A DNA stretch of 64,000 bases from positions 4,216,001-4,280,000 of the forward strand of contig NC_043022.1 of NCBI RefSeq assembly GCF_006345805.1, given 5' to 3'. A model generated the notes under the pieces. The model had not been told where the DNA came from, made no database searches, and saw nothing but the letters and a program-made list of their open reading frames with translations. A program made the translations under genes and the position numbers. Every line of letters starts with the position of its first letter. Positions within the stretch are counted from its first letter, which is position 1. Positions 62,466 through 64,000 of this stretch are shown in pieces. The DNA is from Octopus sinensis. Taxonomy: Eukaryota.

Positions 62466-62850
62466 TCTTTATTCCTGTCTTTCCATCGTCCACCCCTCCC
62501 AGCACATGGAAAAAAGGAGGCTGTTGAATTTAATATAAGCATTTGCACACACACACACACGTATATATATATATGTATGTATATGCAGTGCAACTTAACC
62601 GAAAATCGATAATCAAGAAATGCAACGACGTAAGCATCTTGTTCAAAATGTAGAGGAAAAGGGAATAGATATATATAGACATACATACATATACAGTGGC
62701 TGTATGCATACATGTCTCTCTCTCTCTCTCTCTCTCTCTGCTGTATACATGTATTATTACACACACACCACACACATGCGTGCGTCTGTGTGTGTGTGTG
62801 TGTGTGTTAATAACAAAGTATTAAGAAGGATGTCTACGTAGAATCACAGC

Positions 62851-62912
<62 letters not shown>

Positions 62913-63244
62913 GTTCATGTGTGTGCATAAGGGATTCTAACAGCAGCTGTAATAGGAGACACACACACATACACACATGAAACGAAAATAGTTTGTGTCT
63001 GGAAATATGCAGCTAAAATATATATATATACATATATATATATATGTATTTATTATACAGATCTCTTTCTCTCTATTACTTTCAATCCACCGCTTCTGCA
63101 ATAATGCTGCTCCTTTGCTTTTGATCGATATACGCATGTACTATCCTGTCTGCATTTAAGTACACCGCGCACACACACACACACACACACATACATACAT
63201 ACATACATACATACACACACCGTACATATACACATGAATATATA

Positions 63245-63660
63245 TTTCTTTATTGCCCACAAGGGGCTAAACATAGAGGGGACAAACAAGGACAGACAAA
63301 AGGGATTAAAGTCGATTACATCGACCCCAGTGCGTAACTGGTACTTAATTTATCAACCCCGAAGGGATGAAAGGCAAAGTCGACCTCGGCGGAATTTGAA
63401 CTCAGGACGTAACGGCAGACGAAATACCTTTTTCTTTACTACCCACAAGGGGCTTAACACAGAGAGGACAAACAAGCACAGACAAACGGACTAAGTCGAT
63501 TACATCGACCCCAGTGCGTAACTGGTACTTAATTTATCGACCCCGAAGGGATGAAAGGCAAAGTCGACCTCGGCGGAATTTGAACTCAGGGCGTAATGGC
63601 AGACAAAATACGGCTAAGCACTTCGCCCGGCGCGCTAACGTTTCTGCCAGCTCGCCGCCT
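63245..63660 (-). mobile_element. SINE B head-to-tail dimer
   Basis: Full copy at 63660-63429 joined to a head-truncated copy at 63428-63245. Confidence 0.9.
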
Positions 63661-63761
63661 TATATACATGAATATAGATACCAACAGAAATGCATACATG
63701 TATATTTTTGTGTGTACTGTATGTATGTATGAATAGCATGTGTATATACGTATACATACAT

Positions 63762-64000
63762 AGGCGCAAGTGTGGCAGTATGATAAGAAGCTCGCTTCCC
63801 AACCCCATGGTTCCGGGTTCAGTCCCGCTGCGTTGCACCCCAGGCAAGTGTTTTCTACTATAGCGCCAGGCTGACCAAAGCCTTGGAAGTGGATTTGGTA
63901 GACGAAATCTGAAAGAAGCCAGTTATTGAGATGTGTCGTTATGTGTCCCGCCGCCCGCTGGACAACCGGCGTTGGTTGGTTTGCATCCCATTGACTTAAC
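63762..64000 (+). mobile_element. SINE family A, running off the window end
   Basis: AGGCGCAAGTGTGG head, GGTTCAGTCCC B-box, core. Confidence 0.8.

Noticed and set aside
46094-62773. Long YI/HT/CV-rich ORFs of up to 368 aa (at 46.1-46.9 kb and 61.4-62.8 kb; similar ones at 35.6-36.2 kb)
   Set aside because: Dinucleotide and tetranucleotide microsatellites that lack stop codons in some frames.

Overview
Eukaryotic, AT-rich, repeat-saturated DNA. The repeat families look like the abundant SINE, MITE and LINE families of Octopus genomes; this is recognised from memory, with no database search run. I find no intact protein-coding gene. The long listed ORFs are microsatellite or minisatellite read-throughs, and every recognisable protein motif is a decayed transposon fragment: mariner DD34D, maT/DD37D, hAT, RTE, CR1/L2-like and R4/Dong-like restriction-endonuclease LINEs. 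The window is best read as a large intron or gene desert. It holds three tRNA-headed SINE families (called A, B and E here), many 5'-truncated RTE 3' UTRs with (GAT)n tails, TTAA-flanked piggyBac-type MITEs, a Helentron-associated (HINE/DINE-1-like) element, a Tigger-like MITE, and many micro- and minisatellites. I did not find a convincing new biological system. The most notable structures are a 1355-bp tandem duplication with a traceable SINE-SINE crossover, a 421-bp templated insertion, a ~160-bp fold-back hairpin, fixed-junction SINE dimers, a tandem array built from a mariner 3' end, two stacked R4/Dong-like 3' ends, and a candidate promoter near 61.2 kb. Boundaries of decayed repeats are approximate (about +/-10-20 nt).
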